From: an uncultured Planctomycetaceae bacterium
GTDB taxonomy: Bacteria; Planctomycetota; Planctomycetia; Planctomycetales; Planctomycetaceae
Length of the DNA: 64,000 nucleotides
Reading direction: 5' to 3'
NCBI GenBank assembly: GCA_963815195.1
Contig: CAWFGE010000013.1
Span: 224,001 to 288,000 of the forward strand
Shown piece by piece: positions 42,001 through 52,167 of the stretch. The notes beneath the pieces are model-generated. The model made no database searches, was not told the DNA's origin, and saw only the letters and a list, made by a program, of their open reading frames with translations. The translations under genes were made by a program, and so were the position numbers. How positions within the stretch are numbered: the stretch's first letter is position 1; each line of letters starts with the position of its first letter.

Positions 42001-43859
42001 ATCGTCGCTCTTTCGCGAAATGGCGGCTCCGGGATTTCAAGATGAGTTCGTTCCAACGTTCCAGGCTGATGAGCACCCAGAGGATCTCCGCGTCCCGGGC
42101 GTTCGGGTTTCGGCGGAACCGGCGAACCACGTCCGCGACCGCGCGGCGGCTTAAGAGTTCCGAGCAGAGAGACCTGGCGTCTCCCAAAGCATCCACGTGG
42201 GGGCGGAGAGCCTTGGGATCGCCCAACCACATCACCAACGGGGCCGGGCATCCGCTCTTGGGGCGATCGAAGCACGCGGCGGGCACGATGCCGCGGGCGG
42301 CTTCGTACAGCAGATGTTTCGCCCGCCAATTCTTCGTGCGGAGAGAAAGTGGGATCGACGCGATGCGGTCCGGGAACAGGCCGTCCAGATAGGGGTTCCA
42401 TTGAACCATTCCGAGCCGGCGGGCCATCGCCTGCTCGGCGGCGAGTTCCGACGACATGTTGGCCATCAAACCCAGCTCGTAAATCGCCTCCAGTTTGGCG
42501 CCGGGTCCGACGCGGTCGAGAATCGCCGTGTGATAGGGAAAGCTGTCGGCCGACCAGATGCCCAGCGATTTCGCGGATGCGGAAAGCCACTCGAACGGCA
42601 CATAGGCTTTGGCCAAAACGCAGACCATTCGCCAATCCGGTTCGCCGACGAGCCGAAATAGATCCCGCCGAGCCCGGTTGAGCCGCCCCGCCAGATTCCA
42701 CGCCCCGCGCGGGACGCGGTATCGGTCCGCGAGCCCGCGGAGGTAGAGCACCTTCTGCATCGTCACATACCAGGCGCCGCCCAAGAGGGTGTCGGCTCCT
42801 TCGCCGGCGATCACCGTTCCAACCCCTTCCTGGGCGAGCAGCTGGTAAGCGTGCCGGCGGGCGAGAAAGTTCGGATGCTCCACCGGCAGCGAGGTTTCTA
42901 TGGTGATGGCATCGAGCAATGCGGGCGTTTGCTCGGGGCGAACTTGGAGCGGCGACCAATGTTGCTCCGCGCTTCCGAGCTCTCCCACCGAGGTCCGGGC
43001 GAACTCCAGGTCGGCCGTGCGGTCGTCGAATCCATACGTTGTCAGATGCAGCCCCTTCCGCGGGGATTCGGAAAGACTCGCCGCCAGGAAGGCGCGTATC
43101 GAGTCCGCCGCTGTAGAGCATGCCGAACGTCCGGCCGCCGGCTTTGTCGTGGAACTCCCAGCCGTCTTCGAGTTCCTCGCCGAGCGCCTGCCGAATGCGG
43201 GCGACGGACGCGGCTTCTTGAACCGAGTCCCGCTCCTCCGCGGGCGGGTTCGATGTCGGTGGTGCGTAGCGTTGCTCCGAGAGCCGAACCTCTGGATGGG
43301 CGTAGTTGACGCATAGGGCCGATCCCGGCAGGATGCGGTGAATGCCCGCCAACAAATGCTGCCGATCGGCGACATGCCGCAACGTGAGGAACTGCAGAAC
43401 CGCGTGGCGGTTGATCTCGGGCGTTGCCTCGCCCCAGTCCTTTAAGTCCGCCAGTTCCGTGGAGACGACCAGGCCGCGGTTTCCCGGAAGATGCCGATAC
43501 AGGATCGGCACCGTGCCAAAGCGATCTGTTGCGGCCCAGATCTGGCGCCGCCTGCGATCGTGAACCAAGACCGCCCAACTTCCGCGAACCTGCGCGAAGA
43601 GCGAAGGCCCGGTTTCCGCCCATCGCCTGGCCAGGTATTGATTCAGCTTTTCGAAGTCCACCGTGCGGCCGCTGTGGATGAAACGCGGCCGGCCGATCCA
43701 CGCGAACTCGAGATTTCCAAGAGCGTGCCAGGTTTCCTCGCTGCCGACCGGAAACTCCAGGGCCCGATCGATCGAACAATGCAAGCGAAGCCCCGCGTCC
43801 GGTTTCGGCTGCGGCGGGCGGATGGTTTGAATGTCAGAGAGAATGGTAAATCTCCTCAT
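41993..43859 (-). CDS. Asparagine-synthetase-like (amidotransferase/ligase) protein; frameshift near 43095
   Basis: ATDRFGTVPILY, SGGLDT PP-loop, AGEGADTLLGG, KHLL, DRPKSGC..P...WL. Confidence 0.82.
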
Positions 43860-44927
43860 AACGAGCGGCGGTTTGAGACACGCTGAATTCCCGATCGAGT
43901 TTTCCGCGGCCCGCGCGTCCCATGTCCCGCCTGGCTTCCGGATGGCGAATGATCTGCCTCAGTGCCGCGGCGAGTGCCGGGGGCGATGCGGGTTCGACGA
44001 GCCGGCCGGTCACGCCGTCTTCCACCGCGGCGGGAACTCCGCCGACACGCGTGGCGACAATCGGCAAGCCGGCGGCCATGGCTTCCAGCACCGTCATCGG
44101 AAGCCCTTCCGTGCGAGAGGACAGAACGAACACGTCCAGCCCGCTCAACAATTCCGGCACGTCATGTCTTTCCCCCAGGAACGACACGCACTCCGCGATT
44201 CCCAACTCGGCGGCCTCGCGCTCCAGTGGCGAACGCAGGGGACCGTCGCCGATCACCGCCAGCCGCGCCTCCGGGCGGGCGGCGTAAAGCTCCTTGAAAG
44301 CCCGGAGCAGCGTGTGATGGTCTTTCTCCGCAGCCAGCCGGGCGACGATTCCCAAGACGCAATGCTCCGGCCCATATCCGAGCCGCGCTCGCACCCGCTG
44401 CCGATGCGCCGGTTGAGAAAAGGCTTCCGCGAGAATGCCGTTGGGAACGACGGTCACCGGAAACCGCGTCGTCTTGCACCAGCCGTGAATGATCCTCTCC
44501 ACTTCCTCCGACACCGCGACGAGGCGGTTTCGCCGCGCCAGGAATCGGCTCACCCGTGCGCCCCAGCCGGAACGCGGAATCTCGCCGCCGTGCTTGGTCG
44601 TCAGCAGCCGCGGGCGCACCGCGCGGAACTCAAAAGCCCGGCATAAATCAACGCGAGCAGGTTGTGGCAATGCAGCACATCCGGCTGGAGGCGGGCGATC
44701 TCGCGCTGCATTCGCCAGAGCCGCGAGCCGAGCCCTTTGTCGGTTCCCACAACCCGCACCTTGATGCCCGCGTTTTCCAGTTGTTCCCCGAAGTGGCCTT
44801 TTCGTTCCAGGCAGACGACGCTGGTCGGTCCGTCCTGGCGGTGCCTGACAAGTTCATGCACCAGCCGTTCCATTCCGCCGACCTCGAGCGATCGGATGAC
44901 GTGCGCCACATGCAAACCGGCAGCCAT
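43834..44927 (-). CDS. Family 4 glycosyltransferase (type often found in exosortase loci); frameshift near 44618
   Basis: HVIRSLEVGGMER, LHCHN, TKHG, VARLAAEKD, EGLPMTVLEAM; TAATG overlap with the upstream gene. Confidence 0.88.
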
Positions 44928-45952
44928 TAGTGCGACCTCCCGCTCAGATGGGCCATGACGGGACGATGATCGGACCCCACGTCCGCAAGCACTTTGCAGT
45001 CCTCGACCTGCCAGTTTGCGCCCGGCAGAATGTGGTCGATCCGAATGCCGTGCCAGCGGGTGAATTTGGTGTAACCAAACCCCGAGCCCGCGGTAGAAAA
45101 GGCATTCGGCCGATCCGACCAGAATTGCTGGTAAATCCTGCTCTCGACGGGCATGTTGAAATCGCCCGCCACGATGCGGGGGCCGAATCTCAGGTCGATC
45201 CATTGGCTGATCACGCGGGATTCGCGCTCCCGCTGGTCGGTCAGAGCCTGCAACTTGGAAATCCCGCTTCGCCCGGAAAAGAGGACCGCTTCCAAACCGT
45301 CCCGCGGCGTTTCCAAATGGAGCGTCACGCAGTCGATCGAACCGAGCGGCGATTCGACCCGGCAACCCAGCGCGATCGTGCCCCATCCTCCAAACACGGA
45401 TCGATCCAAACGCCGCGGATGGCTCAAGGGATGCCGGCTCGCAATGCACAGCGTCCCATCCTGCCGGACATGCCAACCGCGGCGGAGCGGTTCGGGCACG
45501 TCGTCAAAGTTGTTGGGCGGGCATTCTTGCAACAGCAAAGCATCCGCCGACGAGGCCGCCTCGAGCAGCCGCCACAGATTGGACCGCTCGCTCTGCAAAT
45601 TGCAGGTCACGACGCGGAATGTCTGAGACGGGTTGCCGGCGGATTGGGACGGGAAGGAAATCTCCAAGCCCAGAATCGGTCCCAAGAGCAACGCCAACAG
45701 CACCGCGTCCCACCACAGCCATTTCCGCCGGTATCGCATTGCCAGGAGAATCAACGGCAGCAAGGGCAGTCCAAAAAACCAGCGGGGCGAGAAGAGCAAC
45801 ATCGTGCCCCACCAGGTGCGGTCTCCCGCGAGATAAAGGCTCGCCGCAATCAGCGCGAGAGCCGCCCCGTAAGCACAATGCAGACCCGCCACCCAGCGCC
45901 GCATGGCGGGCTGAGAAGAAGGCGAGGAGATTGGTGACGGCGTTTGATCCAT
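44927..45952 (-). CDS. Membrane-anchored endonuclease/exonuclease/phosphatase (EEP) family protein
   Basis: Three N-terminal TMs; VTCNL, LLQE, LHL, VAGDFN, IDHI, SDHRP. Confidence 0.9.
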   Translation of the reverse strand: MDQTPSPISSPSSQPAMRRWVAGLHCAYGAALALIAASLYLAGDRTWWGTMLLFSPRWFFGLPLLPLILLAMRYRRKWLWWDAVLLALLLGPILGLEISFPSQSAGNPSQTFRVVTCNLQSERSNLWRLLEAASSADALLLQECPPNNFDDVPEPLRRGWHVRQDGTLCIASRHPLSHPRRLDRSVFGGWGTIALGCRVESPLGSIDCVTLHLETPRDGLEAVLFSGRSGISKLQALTDQRERESRVISQWIDLRFGPRIVAGDFNMPVESRIYQQFWSDRPNAFSTAGSGFGYTKFTRWHGIRIDHILPGANWQVEDCKVLADVGSDHRPVMAHLSGRSH

Positions 45953-46044
45953 ACTTGGCGCGGGTCGCTAACGAAAATCGGTCAACGGAAAAATCAACAA
46001 CAGGCCGGCGGGACATTCCGATCGAGGGGTGAGTCAAAAGTCTC

Positions 46045-47361
46045 CTAAGACCACTGCACGGTCAGGCGGACGAACATATACGTGGCCGCCATGAAGGCAA
46101 CGCTCGCCGCCCCGGTTTGAAGCATCGAGCGCGGATTCACGCCGAACCGCGGGAGCGGCAAGTCGCAGGCGTCCAACTCGTCGGCCTCCACGCGAATCGA
46201 AGCGACGGCGATTCCCAAAATCAGGTAGGTCGGCACAATGTACGACCGCGTCAAAGACAGGCAGGACAGCCCGAAGCCGACGATGCACCCCAAGGCCGTC
46301 GCCAGGAGCCGTTGGGAGTCGATCCAATCCTCGCGGGCGGCTGTTTTGCGGAGGTCGTAGAGCAACACGACCGCCGAAAAGAACGCCCCGAAAAAACACG
46401 CCCCACCCAAAAGCCCCAGTTCGGTAAAGCAATGCAGAAACGAGTTGTGGGCCACGTGTCCGACTTCCTCGGCATATTGCCCGTACCCGATTCCCCACAG
46501 CGGCGACTGCTTGAACAATCCCAGCCCCTCCGACCACAATTGCACCCGGCTTTGCCCCGTGCCGGAGGTCATGGCGTCCTCGCGCATGCGGAACACGATG
46601 AGCACCATCGGCATCGTGGCCGCCACCCCCAGAGCCGCTTTCTTCCAGCCCCACCGGGCATAGGCCAACGTTCCGAGCGCCCCCAAAAGCGCGAGCATGC
46701 CGCCGCGCGACCGCGTGAGAAACAGCGCATACCCCAACAGCAGCATGACCGCCATCAACGGCCCGCGGCGGATTAGACCGCGCTGCTCTCCCAGAAAATG
46801 CAGGCAGAAGACGATCCCCAGGACCAGGATCATCGCGAAGTCGTTGGGATCGGCGAAAATCCCCGTGCTTTGAAGGCGATCCAACTCGAAGCTGCGGCCC
46901 GTCGCATGATCGACGACGCGCTGCTGCATCGAAGCCTTGAGTGCCGGCAGATGCCAAACGTCGAAATAGTGTAGGAGCGATAAGCCGGCGAGGACGGTCA
47001 CAAACAGCAACAAGGAAAACAGCAGTCTCCTCAGACGCTCGTGCGAATCCACAACCGCCGTCACCAGGACGTAAAACAGCACCACCTTCCCAAAGTCGAG
47101 AAGCGACCATCGCATATGCCACAGAGACAATTGCGACAAGAATGACAAAGGCACCGCCGCCAACATTCCGAGGACGCACACAGTGATGGGATTCGTTCTG
47201 AGATTGCGGATCTGCAAATTCCGCGCGATCCGCGGTGCCGACACCACGAGCGAGGCGATAATCAACCATTCATAAATCGGCCAGCCCTGCACGGCCGGCA
47301 CCAATTCCGCCGGCCGAATAAACAGCGTCGCCGTCAACAGCAGAAATAAGGCGTAGTCCAT
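46045..47361 (-). CDS. O-antigen ligase/Wzy_C family membrane protein (alternative start 47421)
   Basis: Multi-TM protein; DPNDFA, LTRSRGG, R..LW, PLWGIG, AHNSFL..ELG. Confidence 0.88.
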   Translation of the reverse strand: MDYALFLLLTATLFIRPAELVPAVQGWPIYEWLIIASLVVSAPRIARNLQIRNLRTNPITVCVLGMLAAVPLSFLSQLSLWHMRWSLLDFGKVVLFYVLVTAVVDSHERLRRLLFSLLLFVTVLAGLSLLHYFDVWHLPALKASMQQRVVDHATGRSFELDRLQSTGIFADPNDFAMILVLGIVFCLHFLGEQRGLIRRGPLMAVMLLLGYALFLTRSRGGMLALLGALGTLAYARWGWKKAALGVAATMPMVLIVFRMREDAMTSGTGQSRVQLWSEGLGLFKQSPLWGIGYGQYAEEVGHVAHNSFLHCFTELGLLGGACFFGAFFSAVVLLYDLRKTAAREDWIDSQRLLATALGCIVGFGLSCLSLTRSYIVPTYLILGIAVASIRVEADELDACDLPLPRFGVNPRSMLQTGAASVAFMAATYMFVRLTVQWS

Positions 47362-47710
47362 CCGCGGTGAACGTCTCAGAAAGTCCAGAACGTCGGGAAA
47401 CCGGAACGCTCCCGGTTTCATCGTCCTCGGCGAAGGCCCGTCCTTGTCCAATCCACCAGAGATCGGCCCGGGTTCCGCTGATGGTCCCCATTAGAATTCT
47501 TTTGGACGATCGGCTGTATCGGACTATTCAACGAAACCGCGGCGGCAACCTTCGGCGGCGGGCTTAAGTGGACCCCGCGCGGATGGAGAATTTTTCACAC
47601 CGCCGAAAGGCTGCCCCTCTCTCTGGATAAGGGATCCCCACAGGGGACCTGCGGAATCTCCCCGACCTTCGATCCCGATCACCGCGCCCGACTTCGCGCG
47701 GTCTCACGCC

Positions 47711-47932
47711 GCAAAATCCGAAACTCGAATCTCGAAATCCGAAACATATTCCATGACCCGAAATTCCAATGTCCAAACCCCAGGAACGTGTTTGAAAATC
47801 TGAGCGGTCGGCGCTAGCCTCCGGCGTCTAAAGCGTCGCGTGTGTTTTTTGAAAGAAGCGATTTTGTTTGGGACATTCGGATTTTGAGTTTTGGATTTGT
47901 TTCGCATTTCGGATTTCGTGATTCGGATTTGC
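47711..47932. repeat. ~68-bp imperfect inverted repeat built from CGAAAnn-type heptamers, enclosing a REP-like insert
   Basis: Left arm 47711-47778 pairs with right arm 47866-47932; insert 47784-47824 matches the reverse complement of 63076-63115. Confidence 0.75.
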
Positions 47933-48053
47933 ACCTGAAGCAGGCTGATCCCATTGCCGCCGGCGCGAAGCGAACCGGCCCGGGAATTACAAGCACCAAA
48001 ACGCAAAAAAATCCGGGCCTTCGGGAATGGCCCAAAACGGGAAAATCGGCCCT

Positions 48054-48082
48054 TTCGCCGGCTCTTGACGGGGGGCTATAAT
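48054..48082 (+). promoter_or_regulatory. Possible sigma70 promoter
   Basis: TTCGCC-N17-TATAAT upstream of ATG 48135. Confidence 0.4.
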
Positions 48083-48134
48083 TCAAGCCGTCTTATTCTT
48101 CCATCATTGAATTGATCTCACTCAGGAACTTGCC

Positions 48135-48677
48135 ATGAGTGTCAGTTTTGCCCGGCCCGACGTGTCCAACTTGATGTTTTACGTTTACGCGCGGGCTTTG
48201 CATCCGGAGTTGTTTTCCGTCAAAGCCGAGCGGCGGATTGAAACGGCAGACTACGAAGCCGTCGTGCAGATTTGCAATGCCGGCCACGTCCTGCGGTTTC
48301 GCCGGCAGGAGCACACGCTCGTCGAAATCATGACGGCCGAGCATCAGTTGTTCCCGCAGCACAAACGCCTCTTGGATCGCCGGATTCTCGGATGCCGGCA
48401 CGCGGCGTGCCATCCGGGCGGGGGCGTCGAATACCAGGTGAGCTTTCAGCTCGAACGTCTCGAGCCCGAAGTCTTTCACCACGCCCACGAAGAGTTGGCC
48501 CTCGACTGCCGATCGGCGGAATTGGCGTATGCGTTTCCCTCCGGGCACCGGTTCTCGCCGACCCCGCTGAGCCTGCTCCGCGTGGACGCCGACCGCAAAA
48601 GCCTCCTGGTGCACACCTTTCACACCTTCCCCGAATGCTGGGCGGTCGTGAAGACGCAGACGTTGATCGAGTTCTAG
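48135..48677 (+). CDS. DUF2617-family protein
   Basis: LHPELF motif and C-terminal HTFHTFPE...VVKTQT recalled as typical of DUF2617; AGGA RBS. Confidence 0.7.
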   Translation: MSVSFARPDVSNLMFYVYARALHPELFSVKAERRIETADYEAVVQICNAGHVLRFRRQEHTLVEIMTAEHQLFPQHKRLLDRRILGCRHAACHPGGGVEYQVSFQLERLEPEVFHHAHEELALDCRSAELAYAFPSGHRFSPTPLSLLRVDADRKSLLVHTFHTFPECWAVVKTQTLIEF

Positions 48678-48717
48678 AGTTCGAGAGCGCCTGCACTATT
48701 AATGCGTCGCCGGGAAG

Positions 48718-48743
48718 CTGGGCGAACTTTGCGGTTCGCCCAG
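48718..48743 (+). terminator. Hairpin after the DUF2617 gene
   Basis: CTGGGCGAAC-tttgcg-GTTCGCCCAG; no clear U-tract. Confidence 0.45.
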
Positions 48744-49083
48744 CCGATTCCGCCCATCCGTGATGCGCGGCGAAAACCTCGGCCCGCCTCGCGCGTTCCG
48801 CCGAACAGCTCATGTGGGGGACTTTGGCGAACCGACAAAACGAATTGGCCCCCCGATGTGCGCACCCAGGCGGTCCTTCGTCCGCGCTTGCCGCGGCCCT
48901 CTCGCTTGTTTCACGCATCAAAATTCGTTATTTTGATGATAACGATCATCCAAAATAGTCAATCCATTTGGGGAACTTAAAAAAAACTCCCCAACCCGCC
49001 CGACATTCCAGCCTTCCAGCCAAGGCGACGGATTGGTAATCCTACCCGTCCAATCCCGCTTTGATCTCCGAAAGGAGCACGAC

Positions 49084-50718
49084 ATGCGGCTTTCGTCGTT
49101 GTTTTGTTTCATTGCCGGCCTTGTTGTTTCTTCCGCTTGTCCCACCCAGGCGGCGGATCTGCTGCCCGCGGACCGCGAGATCCCGGCGGTGATCGATCAT
49201 TACATTGGCGAAAAGCTCAACGCCCAGGACGCCAAACCCGCTCCCCTGGCGAGCGATCTCAATATCCTCCGCCGGACCACGTTGGATCTCGCGGGCCGGA
49301 TTCCCACGCTCGCGGAAGTCGAAGATTATTTGAGTTCCTCCGCGACGGACAAGCGCCAGAAGCTCGTGGACCGCTTGCTCGCGAGCCCGGATTTTGCGTT
49401 TCATCATGCGAACGAACTCGACGCCGCCCTCATGGAAAGCTTCGCCGGCGACGGCGAGTTCCTCAAATATCTCCGCCACGCCGCCACGGAAGATCGCCCC
49501 TGGGACCAGATGTTCCGCGAGATGATTGTCGGCGATGAGGCCAAAGAGCCGCAGAAACACGCCCTCACGTTTTTGAAGAAGCGCATCGGCGATGCCGACC
49601 GCATGACCAACGACACCAGCCGGGTGTTCTTCGGCGTCGCCGTCAACTGCGCCCAATGCCACGACCATCCGCTGGTCTCCGATTGGAAGCAGGAGCACTA
49701 CTTCGGCTTCAAATCGTTCTTCGACCGCACCTATCAAACCGCGAGCAAGAACCTCGCCGAAAAACTCTCCGGCGAAGTGAAGTTCAAGACCACCGACGGC
49801 ACCGAGAAAAACGCCTCGTTCATGTTTCTGACCGGAGCCAAAGTGGAAGAACCGCAGCGCGAAGTCAGCAAAGAGCAGCGGAAGAAGGAAGAGGAGCAGA
49901 TCAAAAAGGCGATCAAGGACAAAGACGCCGAACCGCCCCTGCCGGAGTTCAGCCCGCGGGCGGAACTGGTGAAGTTGGCCCTCGATGAAAAGAACAGCCG
50001 ATTCTTCTCGCGGAACATCGTCAACCGCCTCTGGGCCAGATACTTGGGCCGGGGCCTGGTGCATCCTTTGGATCAACTCCATTCCGAAAACCCCGCGAGC
50101 CATCCCGAACTGATGGACTGGCTGACCCGCGATTTGGTGGAGCATGGCTATCATCTCCAGCGGTTGATTCGCGGGATCGTGCTCAGCGATGCCTACGCCC
50201 GCGAAAGCCGGTGGACCGGCGACGGCGAAGCCCCGTTGGATTTTCTGTTCGGCATGGCGAAGCCCCGCGTGATGACGCCCAAGCAATACGCGTTGTCCCT
50301 GTACATCGCCTCGGCCAGCCCGGAAAAATATCCGCTGGATGTGAAGCCCGAAGACTGGGCCAAGACCCGCGAGAGTCTGGAAAACGCCGCCAACGGACTA
50401 TCGAACCAGATGGAATATCCCAGCGAGCATTTCCAGGTCAGCGTGAGCGAAGCCCTGTACTTCAGCAACAACGACCGCATGCAAAACGATTTTCTCCGGG
50501 ACTCGGGCGATAAGCTCGTCGGTTATTTGAAAGGCAAAGATGATCCCGCCGAGATCCTCCGCACGGCGTTCCGCGTCACTTTGAACCGCGAACCGGAACC
50601 CGCGGAAGTCGCTGCCTTCCAACAGTACCTCGACCAAAGAGCCGACCGCCGCGTGGAAGGTTTGCAACAAATCGTCTGGGCCCTGTTGACGAGTCCCGAA
50701 CTGCGTTTCAATTACTAA
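49084..50718 (+). CDS. DUF1549/DUF1553 (PSCyt2/PSD1) domain protein with a CxxCH motif
   Basis: Signal peptide; LRRTTLDLAGRIPT, NCAQCHDHP, VNRLW...GRGLV, SHPELMDWL. Confidence 0.92.
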   Translation: MRLSSLFCFIAGLVVSSACPTQAADLLPADREIPAVIDHYIGEKLNAQDAKPAPLASDLNILRRTTLDLAGRIPTLAEVEDYLSSSATDKRQKLVDRLLASPDFAFHHANELDAALMESFAGDGEFLKYLRHAATEDRPWDQMFREMIVGDEAKEPQKHALTFLKKRIGDADRMTNDTSRVFFGVAVNCAQCHDHPLVSDWKQEHYFGFKSFFDRTYQTASKNLAEKLSGEVKFKTTDGTEKNASFMFLTGAKVEEPQREVSKEQRKKEEEQIKKAIKDKDAEPPLPEFSPRAELVKLALDEKNSRFFSRNIVNRLWARYLGRGLVHPLDQLHSENPASHPELMDWLTRDLVEHGYHLQRLIRGIVLSDAYARESRWTGDGEAPLDFLFGMAKPRVMTPKQYALSLYIASASPEKYPLDVKPEDWAKTRESLENAANGLSNQMEYPSEHFQVSVSEALYFSNNDRMQNDFLRDSGDKLVGYLKGKDDPAEILRTAFRVTLNREPEPAEVAAFQQYLDQRADRRVEGLQQIVWALLTSPELRFNY

Positions 50719-50719
50719 A

Positions 50720-50818
50720 GGCGAGCGTGGGGCGTAAGCCCGGGCGTAAGCCCCATGATCACTCGCAAACTCATTAAAACATTCCACATGACCAGGGGGC
50801 TGACGCCCCCCGCTCGCC
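50720..50818. repeat. Inverted REP doublet (family B) with an internal 12-bp duplication
   Basis: GGCGAGCGTG(GGGCGTAAGCCC)x2...CAGGGGGCTGACGCCCCCCGCTCGCC. Confidence 0.75.
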
Positions 50819-50842
50819 TGACAATCAGCGGAGCAGAATAAC

Positions 50843-52155
50843 ATGAAACAACAAAAAGGCCGAAACAGTTTCTGTGGTTCGCCGGAGCATCCCATCAGCC
50901 GGCGGGGATTCCTCGGAACGACCGCAGGCCTCGGAGCGGCGGCGTTTGCGGCGGACATGACCATTCTCGATCACCTCAAAAACCCGCTGATGGCGGGCGA
51001 GCTCAAGAAGCAGCAAAAGCACGTGATCCTGTTGTGGCTCGCGGGCGGGGCCAGCCAGCTTGAAACCTGGGATCCCAAACCGGGCCGACCGACCGGCGGC
51101 CCGTATCGGCCCATCAAAACCGATGTCCCCGGCATCGAGATCAGCGAGCTATTGCCCAAGATGGCCCAGCGGATGAAGCACACCGCGATCATCCGCTCGC
51201 TCAACACCCGCATCGCGGACCACGGCGGCGGCGCGAGCCTGATGGAACTCGGCCGCCGGCAGGAGCCGGCCTTCAACTATCCCGACCTGGGGGCCATGTG
51301 CGCCCGCGAACTGCGCGGGCCGACAGCCCGGTGCCGGATTACGTCTCGATGTACTCCTCCACCGAAGGCCGGCGAAAAGGCACGTCCGGCTTTTTGGGTT
51401 CGCGGTTCGCTCCCATGTTCCTCTCGGACAAGATGGTGCCCGAAAACATCAATCGGCCCTCAGGCATCAGCGAAGTCGATCACCAGGCCCGAAACGACCT
51501 GCGGGAACTGTTGGCGAATCGTTTCGAGCGGGAGCGATCCACCAACGTCATCGCCAGCCACAACTACGCCTACCAGCGCGTGCGGGGTTTGATGGCCAGC
51601 GAGGAACTGTTCGACATCACCAAAGAGCCGCAAAACATGATCGATCACTACGGCCCCACGCAGTTCGGCCAGCAGTGCCTGATCGCCCGCAGGCTCGTCG
51701 AAGCCGGCGTGCCGTTCGTCAAAGTCGCCCGCGCCTGGTGGGACAGTCACGGCCAGAACTTCGAGACGCACCGCGAACTGTGTGCCGACCTCGACCACGC
51801 CATGACCGCCTTGATCGACGACCTCCAACAGCGAGGCCTGCTCGAACACACCCTGATCATCACCTTGGGCGAGTTCGGCCGCACGCCGCGGATCAACGCG
51901 AGTCTCGGACGCGATCACTTCGCGAGCGCCTGGAGCACATCGCTCACCGGTTGCGGCATCAAAGGCGGCTCCGTCTACGGCAAGACCGACGACGACGGCA
52001 ACACGGTGAAGGAGGGCGAAATCAAAGCCGGCGACCTGTTCGCCACGATCTTCGACGCGTTGGGCATCGGCCACAAAACCGAATACTACATCGGCTCCCG
52101 CCCGATCCCCATCGTGGACTTCGGCTCGAAACCGGTCAAAGAAGTCCTCGCCTAA
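50843..52155 (+). CDS. DUF1501 protein with Tat signal; frameshift near 51315
   Basis: ISRRGFL; WLAGGASQLETWDPKP, ARRLVEAGV, WDSH, GEFGRTP, GRDH. Confidence 0.92.
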
Positions 52156-52167
52156 ATCCCAAAGAGT

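Noticed and set aside
41993..43859. Lasso-peptide cyclase / RiPP cluster
   Set aside because: No precursor peptide, B1/B2 protease or RRE gene nearby; the context is glycosyltransferases
47704..48086. Small ORFs 47704..48006, 47814..48086, 47842..48081 and similar ones at 52152..52610 and 62996..63193
   Set aside because: They are translations of repeat elements; the shared peptide RRLAP.AQ.FKHV reflects the DNA repeat
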